Positions 46,271 to 57,313 are shown, counted from the stretch's first letter. The stretch: DNA of 64,000 bases from Bacteroidaceae bacterium (GCA_963624045.1 CAVFNI010000008.1:3054-67053); one strand, 5' to 3'. Numbers and translations: made by a program. Notes: generated by a model from the sequence alone, not told the origin.

Positions 46271-48199
46271 CTAATGATATTTCCGTTTGTGGCTAGAAAA
46301 TCGCTTATCTTCTTGATTTCCCTTCACCCGTTTCATAATGAAGGCGCTATAGCTGGAAACCTTCAAGGAAAGGTGGTACGGACGCCCTTCGGGGGCGCCT
46401 TTTTTCGTGAAGCGGTCGCCGCCGCAATACTGATTCTTGCCGCCATAAACGTCTTTATCGCTATTAAAGAGTTCTCGCCAGAGGCCCTCATGATAGACGC
46501 CGATATCATATGATTCGTAATAATTAGGGGTCATATTGAAGACGAAGAGGAGATCGCTATCGCCATAAACCCTCTCGAAAGCGAAGACGCTTTGAAGGTT
46601 ATTGTCGACCATCGTCCATTGGAAGCAATCGCCCTTATAATCGCCCTTATACATGGCTTCCTCGGAACGATAGATGAGATTGAGGTCACGCAATAAACGT
46701 TTAATCGAATCATGCTTAGGGAAGGCCAATAAGTTCCAAGGCAAAGAGACGTTCTCGTTCCATTCATCGAAGGAAGCGAATTCGTTGCCCATGAAATTAA
46801 GCTTCTTTCCAGGGTGGCCGAATTGATAGAGGAAGAGGTTTCTTAATAACGCAAAACGCGTCTCGTAATCGCCATACATCTTATTGATAAGCGATCCTTT
46901 GCCGTGCACCACTTCATCGTGGGAGAGGGGTAACAAGAAACGCTCGCTATAGAAATATGCCATCGAGAAGGTGAGCTTGTTATGCTCCCACTTCTTATAG
47001 ATAGGATCTTTGGAATAGTAGGACAAGGTGTCGTTCATCCATCCGAGGTCCCACTTGTAATCGAAGCCAAGGCCTCCTTCCGAGGTCATTTTGGTAACGC
47101 CCGAATAATCGGAGCTATCCTCGGCGATCATCATGACGCCGGGATGGGCGGAATGGATTTTGCCATTAAGGCGTTTGGCGAATTCGGTAGCGCCGAGGTT
47201 CTCCCCATCGTTTTTGTTGCCATTCCAATAAATGAGGTTAGAAACGGCGTCGAGGCGGATGCCGTCGAAATGGTAATATTCGATGAAATAATTGATGGCG
47301 CCCATCAAAAAGCTGCGAACGGGGTCCTTGCCCAAATCGAAGAGGCAAGATCCCCATGGGGAAATGGCTTTTTTCGGATCGGCGTATTCATACAAAGGAG
47401 AGCCGTCAAAGAGTCGGAGAGCGAACTTGTCATTGGCGAAATGCAAAGGCGCGAAATCCAATATCGTCCCGATCCCCGCTTGATGGAGGCGATCAATGAG
47501 GCTCATTAGCTGATAGGGATTGCCATAACGGGAATCGACGCTATAGAAGCCCGTCGCCTGATACCCCCACGAACCATCGAAAGGATGTTGGGTAAGCGGA
47601 AGGAATTCGACATGGGTGAAACCCATCGATAGCAAATATGGAATAAGGCGGTCGGCTATCTCCTCATAGGAGAGGAAACGCCCATCGCGTTTCCCTAACC
47701 ACGATCCCAAATGCATCTCATAAATGGAGATGGGCTTATCGAAGGAAGGGCTTCTGCTTTTAACGAAGCCCTCATCGTGCCAAGAGAAATTCTCAATATC
47801 GAAAAGGCGGGAGCACGTGGCAGGACGAAGCTCGCTATAGAAGGCATATGGGTCGGCTTTGTCGACATATTCCCCTAGAGCGTTACGGAAATGGAATTTA
47901 TAGGCCATATAATTCCTTAGTCCCGGGATGAACAATTCATAAACGCCGGCGTCATCGACCTTCTTCATCTTATCGGCTCGCACGTCCCAGCCATTCCATT
48001 CGCCGATGACGGAGACGTCCGCAGCTAGCGGAGCATAGAGCCTAAACATCACGCCGTGGACTTGCTTATCCTTGTCGGCAGGATGAGGAAGGGAAAGGAA
48101 ATGGGCGCCGAAATAGCGGAATGCATCGATGGATTGCCCCATCAAGAAGTCATAGAGAACACCATAGGCCATATCATAATCCCCTTCGTGTTGCTTCAA
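46271..48199 (-). CDS. glgB: 1,4-alpha-glucan branching enzyme
   Basis: GH13 motifs are present: GIGTILDFAPLHF, FDGIRLDAV, MMIAEDSS, LPLSHDEVVHGKGS. Confidence 0.9.
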   Translation of the reverse strand: MKQHEGDYDMAYGVLYDFLMGQSIDAFRYFGAHFLSLPHPADKDKQVHGVMFRLYAPLAADVSVIGEWNGWDVRADKMKKVDDAGVYELFIPGLRNYMAYKFHFRNALGEYVDKADPYAFYSELRPATCSRLFDIENFSWHDEGFVKSRSPSFDKPISIYEMHLGSWLGKRDGRFLSYEEIADRLIPYLLSMGFTHVEFLPLTQHPFDGSWGYQATGFYSVDSRYGNPYQLMSLIDRLHQAGIGTILDFAPLHFANDKFALRLFDGSPLYEYADPKKAISPWGSCLFDLGKDPVRSFLMGAINYFIEYYHFDGIRLDAVSNLIYWNGNKNDGENLGATEFAKRLNGKIHSAHPGVMMIAEDSSDYSGVTKMTSEGGLGFDYKWDLGWMNDTLSYYSKDPIYKKWEHNKLTFSMAYFYSERFLLPLSHDEVVHGKGSLINKMYGDYETRFALLRNLFLYQFGHPGKKLNFMGNEFASFDEWNENVSLPWNLLAFPKHDSIKRLLRDLNLIYRSEEAMYKGDYKGDCFQWTMVDNNLQSVFAFERVYGDSDLLFVFNMTPNYYESYDIGVYHEGLWRELFNSDKDVYGGKNQYCGGDRFTKKGAPEGRPYHLSLKVSSYSAFIMKRVKGNQEDKRFSSHKRKYH

Positions 48200-48416
48200 T
48201 TATAAAGCAAAGGCGAGGATGTTTAACCCATAAAAAGCGAGAGCAGAGAGGCATTAAAGGGAAGCTTTCGCAAAAGAAGATAGGCTTGGCGGCTATGAAA
48301 AGATGATCCGATGCATTGCGCGAAAAAGCGCCGTGTCTCTCGGCGAGAAACGATAATGGCTCTTTGATAAAAGAGGCATAAGCGCTAAAATCTTGGCGAC
48401 TGAAAGAGGTAAAGAT

Positions 48417-49622
48417 ATGTTTAAAGTCATGGCCGTCAACGCTGGCAGCAGTTCAATCAAATACAAATTGTTTGAGATGCCTGAGGAGAAAGTTATTTGC
48501 TCAGGTTTAGTCGAAAGAATCGGGCACGATGACGCTCACTTCCGCATCAAGTTCGGTAGCGATAAGCACGATGATTATTTGCCGATCAAGGATCATTCCT
48601 TCGGCGTCGAGCTCATCCTTAACGCCCTCACCAAATACGGCATCGTGAAGGATTGGAACGAGATCAAAGCCGTCGGCCACCGGGTCGTCCAAGGTGGCAA
48701 ATATTTCAATAAGAGCACCGTTTTCGATAAGGACACCGAGGAGAAAGTGGCTAAGCTAATCCCCCTCGACCCCCTCCATGCGCCCGCCCATTTGATGGGA
48801 TATCATGCCTTCAAGAAGGCTTTGCCTAACGCTTTAGCCCTCGCCGTCTTCGATACCGCCTATTTCTGCGATATGGATGAGGAGGACAAACTCTTCCCGA
48901 TTCCTTATGAATATACCGAGGAATACGATATCCGCCGCTACGGAGCCCATGGCACTTCCCATAATTATTTGGCCCTTAAGGCCCATGAGGATTTCCTTAA
49001 AGACAAGATAGATAGGAAGGTTATCACCTGCCATTTAGGCAGCGGCGCCTCCCTTAGCGCCATCCATAACGAAAAAGCCATCGCGACCTCGATGGGCCTC
49101 ACTCCTCTAGGTGGGGTGATGATGGGGACCCGCTCGGGTGACATCGACCCTTCCGTCTTCAATTATTTATGCACCTCTTTGAAGCTCGATGCCGAAAGCG
49201 TTTATGACATCCTCAACAAAAAGAGCGGCTTCTTAGGCGTAAGCGGCGTCTCTAATGACACCCGCGATGTCCTAGAAGCGGCCCAAAATGGCCATAAGCG
49301 TTCGCAAATCGCCATCAAATTATGGGCAAGGCGCGTCGCCGATTATATCGGCAGCTATTATATTAGGTTAGGCGGTTGCGATTTGATCGTCTTCTCGGGA
49401 GGCATTGGCGAGAACGCCGCCGATTACCGCGAAGCCGTCTATAACGACATCAAAGACGCCTTGCATCTAAACCTCGACAAAGAAAAGAACGCCGTTTTAT
49501 ATGGCGGGGCCGAAGGGCTTATTAGCACCCCTGATAGCCAAATCCCCATGGCTGTAATCCCCACCGACGAGGAATTGATGATTGCCAAGGATTGCCTTAA
49601 GGCTTTAGAAGGGACCCTTTGA
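48417..49622 (+). CDS. ackA: acetate kinase
   Basis: Contains VMAVNAGSSSIKYKLF, GHRVVQGG and FSGGIGENA. The start was set at the ATG 6 nt after AAAGAGGTAAAG. Confidence 0.9.
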   Translation: MFKVMAVNAGSSSIKYKLFEMPEEKVICSGLVERIGHDDAHFRIKFGSDKHDDYLPIKDHSFGVELILNALTKYGIVKDWNEIKAVGHRVVQGGKYFNKSTVFDKDTEEKVAKLIPLDPLHAPAHLMGYHAFKKALPNALALAVFDTAYFCDMDEEDKLFPIPYEYTEEYDIRRYGAHGTSHNYLALKAHEDFLKDKIDRKVITCHLGSGASLSAIHNEKAIATSMGLTPLGGVMMGTRSGDIDPSVFNYLCTSLKLDAESVYDILNKKSGFLGVSGVSNDTRDVLEAAQNGHKRSQIAIKLWARRVADYIGSYYIRLGGCDLIVFSGGIGENAADYREAVYNDIKDALHLNLDKEKNAVLYGGAEGLISTPDSQIPMAVIPTDEELMIAKDCLKALEGTL

Positions 49623-49623
49623 T

Positions 49624-50622
49624 ATGTCGTTGCCCATAGCGATTAAGCAATACGCAAAAGACAAGAAGAAGGAATACCTATCTTTTTATCGCGCCGTCAA
49701 AAAATACGACCGCATCTGCATCTTCCGTCACATCAAACCCGATTATGACGCGATGGGGAGCCAAATGGGGCTATATACCTTCTTAAAGGAAAATTTCCCC
49801 TCAAAGGAGATCCATTACGTCGGCGATAACCACGTCACCTTCACCCCTCGTCTCTTCCCAGAGACCGAAAGATTGCCGGATAGTTGGTTCGATACGCCGT
49901 TTTTAGCCATCGTCGTCGATGTCGGAGATGACGAAAGAATCGCCGATCCGCGTTACAAAAAGGCTTCTTATATCGTCAAAATCGACCATCACCCATCCAA
50001 AAATGAAATCGCCGATTGCTCAATCGTCGACTTGCATAGCGCCAGCGCGGCGGAACTTGTCACCTCCGTTTTGCTAAATTGGAAAGGCAAGAAAATCAGC
50101 CAAGAGGCGGCTCGTTATTTCTATATCGGAATCGTCGGAGACAGCGGCCGCTTCCTTTATAGCAGCGTCTCCCCCCACACCTTCGCCATCGCGGAAAGCC
50201 TAATCGAAACCGGCATTTCCATCAACGCCATTTATTTGGCGATGTACGAAAAGAAATTGGACGATTTGAAAGTGACCGCATATGTTCTAAATCACTTCGA
50301 GGTTTCGCCGCATGGCGTCGCTTATTATTGCCTGGACGAGAAAACGCAAAAAGAGCTCAATATCACCTCCGAACGCGGCAAGGAAAATGTCAATTTATTC
50401 TCTAATATCGAAGGCATAAACGCCTGGTGCTCAATCACCGAAGATCCTAATCCCAAAGATTGGTGCTGGCGGATCAGCATCCGTTCCAAGAAAGCCGATA
50501 TCAGCGGTGTCGCCGCCAAGTGGGAAGGCGGCGGCCATGCGCAGGCTTCCGGAGCGAAAATCAAAGACCTAAGCAAACTCCCCTCCTTCATTCAAGACCT
50601 TGATGATCTCTTCGCTAAATAG
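49624..50622 (+). CDS. nrnA: DHH-family phosphoesterase (NrnA-like oligoribonuclease/pAp phosphatase)
   Basis: DHH motifs are present: HIKPDYDAMGS, VVDVGD, KIDHHPS and DHHA1 GGGHAQASGA. Confidence 0.7.
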   Translation: MSLPIAIKQYAKDKKKEYLSFYRAVKKYDRICIFRHIKPDYDAMGSQMGLYTFLKENFPSKEIHYVGDNHVTFTPRLFPETERLPDSWFDTPFLAIVVDVGDDERIADPRYKKASYIVKIDHHPSKNEIADCSIVDLHSASAAELVTSVLLNWKGKKISQEAARYFYIGIVGDSGRFLYSSVSPHTFAIAESLIETGISINAIYLAMYEKKLDDLKVTAYVLNHFEVSPHGVAYYCLDEKTQKELNITSERGKENVNLFSNIEGINAWCSITEDPNPKDWCWRISIRSKKADISGVAAKWEGGGHAQASGAKIKDLSKLPSFIQDLDDLFAK

Positions 50623-50645
50623 GGGATTTTGAAATCCTCACGAAA

Positions 50646-50671
50646 AAGGGCTTGCCAAAGCCCTTTTTTCT
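50646..50671 (+). terminator. intrinsic terminator
   Basis: AGGGCTT-GCCA-AAGCCCT hairpin followed by TTTTTTC. Confidence 0.7.
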
Positions 50672-50894
50672 TTCTGTGCATGTTTAGTAATTATGATTTT
50701 TTAAATTAAGAAAAATAAATTATCATTTCTTCTTACATTTTTAGAATAATAAAGTAAACAAGTGATATATTTATTAAAATTGGCATTTTTAACATTGATA
50801 TTTTTAAGTAGATTAAAGCATTTAAATTAATATTTTTTTGTATTATTTAACTTAAAATTATTGAAATATTTACTATAATAATTACAATAAGGAT

Positions 50895-52205
50895 ATGAAA
50901 AATATCATTTTAAAAAGGCGGCTGGATAAGGAGATAACATCCAGCGTCCTAACCTTGGAAACGGGCAACTTCATTCTCGTTGAAGGACTTCCAAATGTCG
51001 GAAAAACCTCGTTAATAAGGCGGGTTTGCGACAATCTTAATCTCCCATATCGCTACATTGATTTGCAAAAGGCGGGCCAAGAGGAACTTCTTCTTGCCAA
51101 TAAGAAAAACGAGGATAAAATCGTTAATTTGCTACCAAACAGAAAAAAGTCCGATAAAATCGTTATTTTTGACCATGTAAGCAAGGGAGATGAAGCAATT
51201 AAACGCCTAAAAGAAGAAAACGATAAGCGTTTCGCTTATATCCTCATTTCCGATCATGAATCCGCCCTACAGGACGATATTAAGGATATTAAAACCTTCC
51301 AAATCAAACCCTTGGATTTCCATGAATTTCTCTTGAATCTAGGCATCGATACCGACGATTTGCCTTCCTTTTATCGCAAAAAGGGCGAAAAGCAAGCTCT
51401 GAAGGAACTAAACGGCTATCTATTCGATTATTTCGTTACCGGCGGTTTTCCCGCCGCTATCTCACTCTATTTAAATGGCGTCAATAGAAAACAGATTCGC
51501 AAGCGGCTTTCGTCCATCGAATCCTCCCTTCGTTCCTCGCTTATTCGAGCCTTTCTTGATAGTGGCAATTTCATCTTTAAAAGCGGCTTAGAAATCTATT
51601 CTTGCCTTGGATCCTATTACCAAGAAGGATTCCCCCAATTTAAATATTCCCTCCTTCATAAAAACGCCCGTGCTTCCTCATATTTGCCTGCCATCAACCT
51701 TCTTGGTCGTTATGGCTATTTTCGTCTGTCCTCTCGCTATGAACGTTCCTTTAGCCCATCAAAAGAGGATTTTAAGCTTTTCCCACCCGATATAGGCCTC
51801 TTCTCGATGCATATAGAAGAAAAGGAAATCGCTAGGCTTAAGGAAAAGGGGTTTACCAACGCCCCTGGCGCATATCTAGAAGCCCTTTTAGGCGACGCCT
51901 TATCGAAAAACGGCTTCCCCTTCGGTTACATATGGGATTTTCGTAGTCACGAAAAAATCGATCTGTTGGCCTTCCTAAACAATCAAATAAACCTATATAA
52001 GACCAGCAACGACCGTAAGAATATATCCGTTTATTCGAAAATGGCGGATAATCGTAACATTTCCTCCGTCTATAGCCTTGCTAGCAAAAACTTCCCGCAC
52101 CCGTTTCAAAAAACCACCATTTTGGAAGCGCTTTTGGGCATCAAAGGAAATAACGAGGAGGAAGAGACAATCAGTTTGGATATCGATCCCGACGAATTGT
52201 TTTAA
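50895..52205 (+). CDS. P-loop ATPase, uncharacterised
   Basis: Walker A LVEGLPNVGKTSLIRR and Walker B-like IVIFDHV. It is preceded by an extremely A+T-rich tract. Confidence 0.5.
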   Translation: MKNIILKRRLDKEITSSVLTLETGNFILVEGLPNVGKTSLIRRVCDNLNLPYRYIDLQKAGQEELLLANKKNEDKIVNLLPNRKKSDKIVIFDHVSKGDEAIKRLKEENDKRFAYILISDHESALQDDIKDIKTFQIKPLDFHEFLLNLGIDTDDLPSFYRKKGEKQALKELNGYLFDYFVTGGFPAAISLYLNGVNRKQIRKRLSSIESSLRSSLIRAFLDSGNFIFKSGLEIYSCLGSYYQEGFPQFKYSLLHKNARASSYLPAINLLGRYGYFRLSSRYERSFSPSKEDFKLFPPDIGLFSMHIEEKEIARLKEKGFTNAPGAYLEALLGDALSKNGFPFGYIWDFRSHEKIDLLAFLNNQINLYKTSNDRKNISVYSKMADNRNISSVYSLASKNFPHPFQKTTILEALLGIKGNNEEEETISLDIDPDELF

Positions 52206-52209
52206 CGCT

Positions 52210-54192
52210 TTAGGCGTCGTTATCGTGGATATCGCTAGGCGCTTGCTCTTTCATCCACCCGAAGCGGTATAAATAAGCGACGACGACCGTGCCCCAGCCA
52301 TGGCAAAGGCTGCCCGCGCCCTCGAAAGCCGCATATCCTTCTTCCGTCTCATAGAAGGTGGAGCCGTTGCTTTGAAGGATGTTTTTAACGATATCCTCGA
52401 TATCTTGAAGGATGAAATCGGGATAATGGAAATCGTCGACGGATAATAATGCATCGTATAGGAAACGCCTCATGCTAAGGGAAATGGGAGCCAAATTGTT
52501 TTGAAAAGGTTTGATGAGCTTCCGCGTTATCTTAAAACGGAGGGCGGAAGGAGCGATGCCACTAAGGATAGCCAAGGAATTGCCGAGAACGCTATAAGAG
52601 ATGCTGCGAACATCGGTGAGATAGAGATTGTTGTTCTCGTCATAAAAGAATTCATGGGCCTTGAGCCTTATTTGCTTAACGAGCTCGCGGTATTTGACCG
52701 ATATCCCCAAATATTTTCCCAAATCGGCGTAATCTTCGAGGGCCATGATGAAAAGGGAATTGAGGATGATGTCATAAGTTTGCGGCTCATCTTCGCCTAA
52801 TCGCCCATCCAAACCATCCTCCCATTCATAAAAATTCCAATAATCCTTGCCTTCGAAAGTAGGTAACAAATAATCTGTCAAACGCTTCTTAAAAGCGGTT
52901 ATGATCCCCGTAAGAACCGGGAAGGTTTTCCGCAAAAAAGATAGATCGTTCGTCGCTAAAAAATAGCTTTTGACGGCAAAGATGTAATACAAAGAGAAAC
53001 TAGGGATCGTCAATTTGAGGTTCGTCGGAGCGCAGATCGGAAGCAAGCCGTCCTCCCTTTGGCACAAAGCGAAAAGGCGCAAAGACGAACGGATCTGCTC
53101 CTTGTTTTCGAAAAAGAGAAGACCCGCGTCGATTTGATTGAGGCTATCAAGGGTATAAAGGCATTGCTCCCGCATCGGACAATCCTCGTAATGCTCATGA
53201 TAGCAACATTCGAGCGTTCTTTCCGCTAAGCCATGGGCATTAAGACTATAGGCGTCCTTGAAAACGTATTTCTTCTTTTTGAAAGGATAAAGGAAAGGGA
53301 TGATGCTTAGAACCGGGGGCTCTAAGAAATCCTCCTCGGCAATGATCTCGACATAGCGTCCAGCCACTCGCAAAAAGCCTTCGAAGAAATCGTTACGGCC
53401 CGCTTTAAGGAGGATTTCCAACGAAAAATCGCGGCCCCCGACTTGATAGACGAGTCGCTCATCGACTAAGTGCTCAGCATAAGCGATACGAATTTTCTGA
53501 GGATGGGCCGATAAAAGGGAAAAACGCAGATATCCAGCTTGTTCTTGCATGAAATCGAATCGATAATGACCCTTTCCTAGTTTTAGCGGCGCGGGATATC
53601 GGGCGTTCTTCTCGTCCAAGAAGCATTTTTCGTTATAACGTAATTCAGGAATCGCCTCCTGGCGGTTAATGAGCTTGGCTTTTTGATATTCAATAGGCGC
53701 GTCCTCTTGATTCAAATCGATGAAAGGGCGGTATCCTAGTTGCGGCGACACTTTCTTTTTTTGACCCGATATATAGCGTTTAGAAAGAGCGACCTCGCTT
53801 TCCTCTCCCGAGGCGTAAAGGGTCTTCCTCGGGCTTGAGATGGCAAAGATTATCGAAGCTATCGTCGGATAGAAGCTGCTGAAGCCTTCGCTTCCTGGGT
53901 GATAGGCGATGATATGGAATTCGTTATGGCCTTCTTTAACCTCCATAACGAGAGAATCAACGATCGGATGAAGGGGGTGCGAAGGGCTTTGGGAGAAGGA
54001 AATGAGGGTGCCATTAAGATAAAATTCATAATTGCCATCGCACGAAAGATCAAGGATAGCTTTCGAGCTAGGAGCGAAAAACTCCCCTTTGATTTCGATA
54101 TATTGATCTTCCTCTTCCTTAGCTAACCAAATCCACTTAGCCGCCGATAGCCGTTTAAGCATCGCGGCGTTTTTCTTGCTGTAATTATCCAT
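52210..54192 (-). CDS. six-hairpin glycoside hydrolase, GH78 (alpha-L-rhamnosidase)-like
   Basis: 660 aa. EDCPMREQCLYTLDS resembles the DCPxRE(R)xxWxGD catalytic-domain signature of GH78-type enzymes. Confidence 0.5.
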   Translation of the reverse strand: MDNYSKKNAAMLKRLSAAKWIWLAKEEEDQYIEIKGEFFAPSSKAILDLSCDGNYEFYLNGTLISFSQSPSHPLHPIVDSLVMEVKEGHNEFHIIAYHPGSEGFSSFYPTIASIIFAISSPRKTLYASGEESEVALSKRYISGQKKKVSPQLGYRPFIDLNQEDAPIEYQKAKLINRQEAIPELRYNEKCFLDEKNARYPAPLKLGKGHYRFDFMQEQAGYLRFSLLSAHPQKIRIAYAEHLVDERLVYQVGGRDFSLEILLKAGRNDFFEGFLRVAGRYVEIIAEEDFLEPPVLSIIPFLYPFKKKKYVFKDAYSLNAHGLAERTLECCYHEHYEDCPMREQCLYTLDSLNQIDAGLLFFENKEQIRSSLRLFALCQREDGLLPICAPTNLKLTIPSFSLYYIFAVKSYFLATNDLSFLRKTFPVLTGIITAFKKRLTDYLLPTFEGKDYWNFYEWEDGLDGRLGEDEPQTYDIILNSLFIMALEDYADLGKYLGISVKYRELVKQIRLKAHEFFYDENNNLYLTDVRSISYSVLGNSLAILSGIAPSALRFKITRKLIKPFQNNLAPISLSMRRFLYDALLSVDDFHYPDFILQDIEDIVKNILQSNGSTFYETEEGYAAFEGAGSLCHGWGTVVVAYLYRFGWMKEQAPSDIHDNDA

Positions 54193-54336
54193 ATCTTCGT
54201 TATCCCTTCGACGAGCCTAATTAGGCTCGCTAAATAAAGTATAAGAATTTTCCCTTGATGCACCTATCAAAAATTTGTTCCTTTTATGGAAGGGACGCTT
54301 TTTAGCTAAGAAAAAGCATTATCGCTTTAAAGCTTC

Positions 54337-55689
54337 TTAAAGGCTATGCTCATCGACCGCAATTTCTTTTTCGGGATGATGCAAAAGCGAGGAATCGAGG
54401 AAAAAAGACAGAATTAGGCCGCTAGCGGCCAAGAAAGCCAAGACAAAGAAAGAGAGATACCTAACGTTAGTAAGATAAGGATAGACGAGTTGCAAAATGG
54501 CGTTCATCGCCTGAAAGATAAAGAAGGAAAGGAAAACGGCTTTCCGACGACGTTTAGGACCAAGGATATGATGGAGCATCGAAAGATTGCTGGTGACGAA
54601 TAAGCCGTTAGCCACCCCTTTAAGGGCATGAAGCAAAATGACGGGTATGGCCAAGAAAAGGCCGTTTTCTAGTGGCGAGTCATAGAAATAGGAAATAATC
54701 CCAAAGGAGAGGCTCATAAGGATCAAAGCGATGAAAGCCAAGGAAGAAGAGAAACGGATATGACGGCCGAAGCCCACTTTGGTATTAAAGAAGATCACGA
54801 AGAATTCGACGAAGGAGGATATCGCCAAATAAAAGCCATAGCTTAAAGGATTGAAGGCGTTTATCCTCTCCACCCCCTCCAAAGCGGTCCATAAATTGCT
54901 GACCAGGGAATCCCCTGCCCATATCAAAGGGATCCATAAAATAGAAACTAATAGATATAATCTGTATTTTTTGTTACCTAATAATTCCTTCCATTCGACT
55001 TTTTCATGAGCATCCTGATGAAAGGTCATAGGATCAAAGGGTTTAAAGAAATAAGTGAAGACGAAAAGAAGGAGCAAAAAGGGGAGGGAAAGAAGAAACA
55101 ACAAAGAATAGCCGCGGTAGCCTAAGAAATTCTCAAGGAAAAGGCCCGCCAAAGGAGAAAAGATCAAAGGCGCCAACGCGCCATAGATGCAAACGTGGCC
55201 ATATTTACTCCCTTCAGCAAAATTGATGTCGGCGGAAAGGGAGATGCCAAAACAAGAAAAAGCGGCGTAAAAAGCCATCGTAAGCGAAGAGAAGGAAACA
55301 AGCAAAACGTAATAAAGATAATAGGCGGAAGAGGAAAGGTTCCTCTCCTCTTCGCTAACGCCGCTAGGCAAAAGATAGCCGAATAGAGAAAGGGAAAGCA
55401 AAAAGAAGGCTAACCCGATAAGCAAATAACGCATCAAAGAGAGGTTCTTCTTCTCCGTGGAGACGAAATGGGAGGATATGAAAATCCCTATCATAGCGCC
55501 AAAGGGCAAAAGGAAGAGGCTTAGTGACGTCAGTAGAGGGCTCCACGAAAGAGCTTTGCTCGCTTCGTTAAGAAAAAGGGTTAAAAAGGAAATCGAAAAG
55601 GATTCAAAGGAGACGAGCAAAAAATGAAAAAGCTGCGCCTTGGCGGTCTCCGGTTTCTTTTGGCGGTCTAAATAAAAGGAAAGCGACAT
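54337..55689 (-). CDS. MFS-type transporter candidate
   Basis: 450 aa, highly hydrophobic, with about 12 predicted membrane spans by eye. Confidence 0.5.
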   Translation of the reverse strand: MSLSFYLDRQKKPETAKAQLFHFLLVSFESFSISFLTLFLNEASKALSWSPLLTSLSLFLLPFGAMIGIFISSHFVSTEKKNLSLMRYLLIGLAFFLLSLSLFGYLLPSGVSEEERNLSSSAYYLYYVLLVSFSSLTMAFYAAFSCFGISLSADINFAEGSKYGHVCIYGALAPLIFSPLAGLFLENFLGYRGYSLLFLLSLPFLLLLFVFTYFFKPFDPMTFHQDAHEKVEWKELLGNKKYRLYLLVSILWIPLIWAGDSLVSNLWTALEGVERINAFNPLSYGFYLAISSFVEFFVIFFNTKVGFGRHIRFSSSLAFIALILMSLSFGIISYFYDSPLENGLFLAIPVILLHALKGVANGLFVTSNLSMLHHILGPKRRRKAVFLSFFIFQAMNAILQLVYPYLTNVRYLSFFVLAFLAASGLILSFFLDSSLLHHPEKEIAVDEHSL

Positions 55690-55714
55690 GAAAAAAAGGC
55701 CGTCAAAGGCCTAT

Positions 55715-56455
55715 TTATTTGATTTTGCAACCTCGTTCGATATCGAGCAATTTCTGCTCATCGATGGCAGGAGCTTTCTCGCTATGGCGGAAGGCGGAGC
55801 GGAAATCCGCTTTCATTTCCTCGATTTTAAGCATCGCGTCGCGATAACGATTATATTTCCCCGAATTGATCGTGCGGCGCAAACCGCCGAAGAAAAGAAG
55901 GAAGAACAATCCGAGAACGGTTCCAGCCAAACCGAACCAATATAGCATGCCATAGACACCCGAGGAAAGAACATCACCAAGGGTCACTTCGCTACCGCCT
56001 TTCCAAACGCCAACGCCAAAGCACGCGGCGCCGCCGATAAGGAGAAGCAAAAACAAAATCAAGAAGATAACCGGCAAACGGCGCTTCTTTTTGGCCTTGA
56101 CAGCCTTGTTATAAATAAGGTAATTATCGTATGTCATCCGATTATAGATGTGCTCGGCCTTTCTTTGCTCAGGGAAATCATTGGCGAAGCGGTTACGGCC
56201 ATAGGTCATGCGGACGTAATTGTCGACGGGTTCGTCGTTATGATGGAGGGCCAAACCCATCAAAGCCTCATCGGCTTCCGACGGATAATAATAATGGGCC
56301 ATGTCCGTAGAGCCTTGGATATTGCCGTTCATCGTCCGAACGAAATTGATTTCCTGTGAGGTGATGGGGCGGTAACCAAAGGTTTGAAAAATCCGATGAA
56401 AACTGTTGTCGGAGCCTTTGGGGATATTAATCGTCTTATAATCGTATTGATCCAT
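55715..56455 (-). CDS. membrane protein, unknown function
   Basis: 246 aa with two central hydrophobic segments (LPVIFLILFLLLLIGGAACFG; GLAGTVLGLFFLLFFGG). Confidence 0.5.
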   Translation of the reverse strand: MDQYDYKTINIPKGSDNSFHRIFQTFGYRPITSQEINFVRTMNGNIQGSTDMAHYYYPSEADEALMGLALHHNDEPVDNYVRMTYGRNRFANDFPEQRKAEHIYNRMTYDNYLIYNKAVKAKKKRRLPVIFLILFLLLLIGGAACFGVGVWKGGSEVTLGDVLSSGVYGMLYWFGLAGTVLGLFFLLFFGGLRRTINSGKYNRYRDAMLKIEEMKADFRSAFRHSEKAPAIDEQKLLDIERGCKIK

Positions 56456-56560
56456 GGATGCTTTCCTCTTTCACCAATTAGGATAACATAAATGAAAGGT
56501 GTTGCCATAAAGTTAATTAAAAAAGACGGCAAGCGATAATAAAAAACATTGTAAAGGGGC

Positions 56561-57313
56561 TCACAAACCAATTATCGCAATCTGCGGGTAACCGATAAAA
56601 AGACCGGAATCCAAGACGCCGACGATGTTCTTGATTCGTTTTTCCAAATCGTCCTCGATGAAGGGGAAACGGGCATCTAAGATGAGGTTAGCATGTTCAG
56701 TAAGAACGGGGCCGTCTTTGGAAGAACCGGCCTTGCGCAGAAGGACTTCCGTGGCACCTAATTCCTTTAGCGCTCGCTTAACGGGATAAGCGGCTTCAGG
56801 CAAAACTTCGACGGGGATAGGGAAACGCTCGCCTAAACGCGTCACTTTCTTAGAAGGATCGACTAGAATGTAGGCTTTTTTGGCGTTAGAGAGGACGATT
56901 TTCTCGCGGAGCATCGCCCCGCCGCGACCTTTGATCAGACGATGGCGGTCATCGACCTCATCGGCCCCATCGAAGCACCAATCGAGCTTGCCTTCGCCTA
57001 GTTCGGAGATAGGAAGGCCCAAAGAAGCGGCGAGATGGGCGATTTCAAGACTAGTGGCGACCACTTCTACCTTAAGGCTAAGCACGGAAACGCGATGGGC
57101 CAAAGCGACGGTCGCGAGAAAAGATGTGCTGCCGCTTCCTAAACCAATTCGGTCGCCATTTTTGGCAAAGGAGGCCAGTTCGACGGCGATTTTTTTCTTT
57201 TCTTCTTCGTGGCTAATCGCCTGAAAACCAAGTTCTTCTTTCAAAGAACGGATCAGATCGTCATAGGAGCCTTTGGGGCTAAAATTAAGTGGTGTTTGAT
57301 TTTCCATGCCCAT
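56561..57313 (-). CDS. rpiA: ribose-5-phosphate isomerase A
   Basis: Contains GLGSGSTSF, FDGADEVD and KGRGGAMLREK. Confidence 0.9.
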   Translation of the reverse strand: MGMENQTPLNFSPKGSYDDLIRSLKEELGFQAISHEEEKKKIAVELASFAKNGDRIGLGSGSTSFLATVALAHRVSVLSLKVEVVATSLEIAHLAASLGLPISELGEGKLDWCFDGADEVDDRHRLIKGRGGAMLREKIVLSNAKKAYILVDPSKKVTRLGERFPIPVEVLPEAAYPVKRALKELGATEVLLRKAGSSKDGPVLTEHANLILDARFPFIEDDLEKRIKNIVGVLDSGLFIGYPQIAIIGL

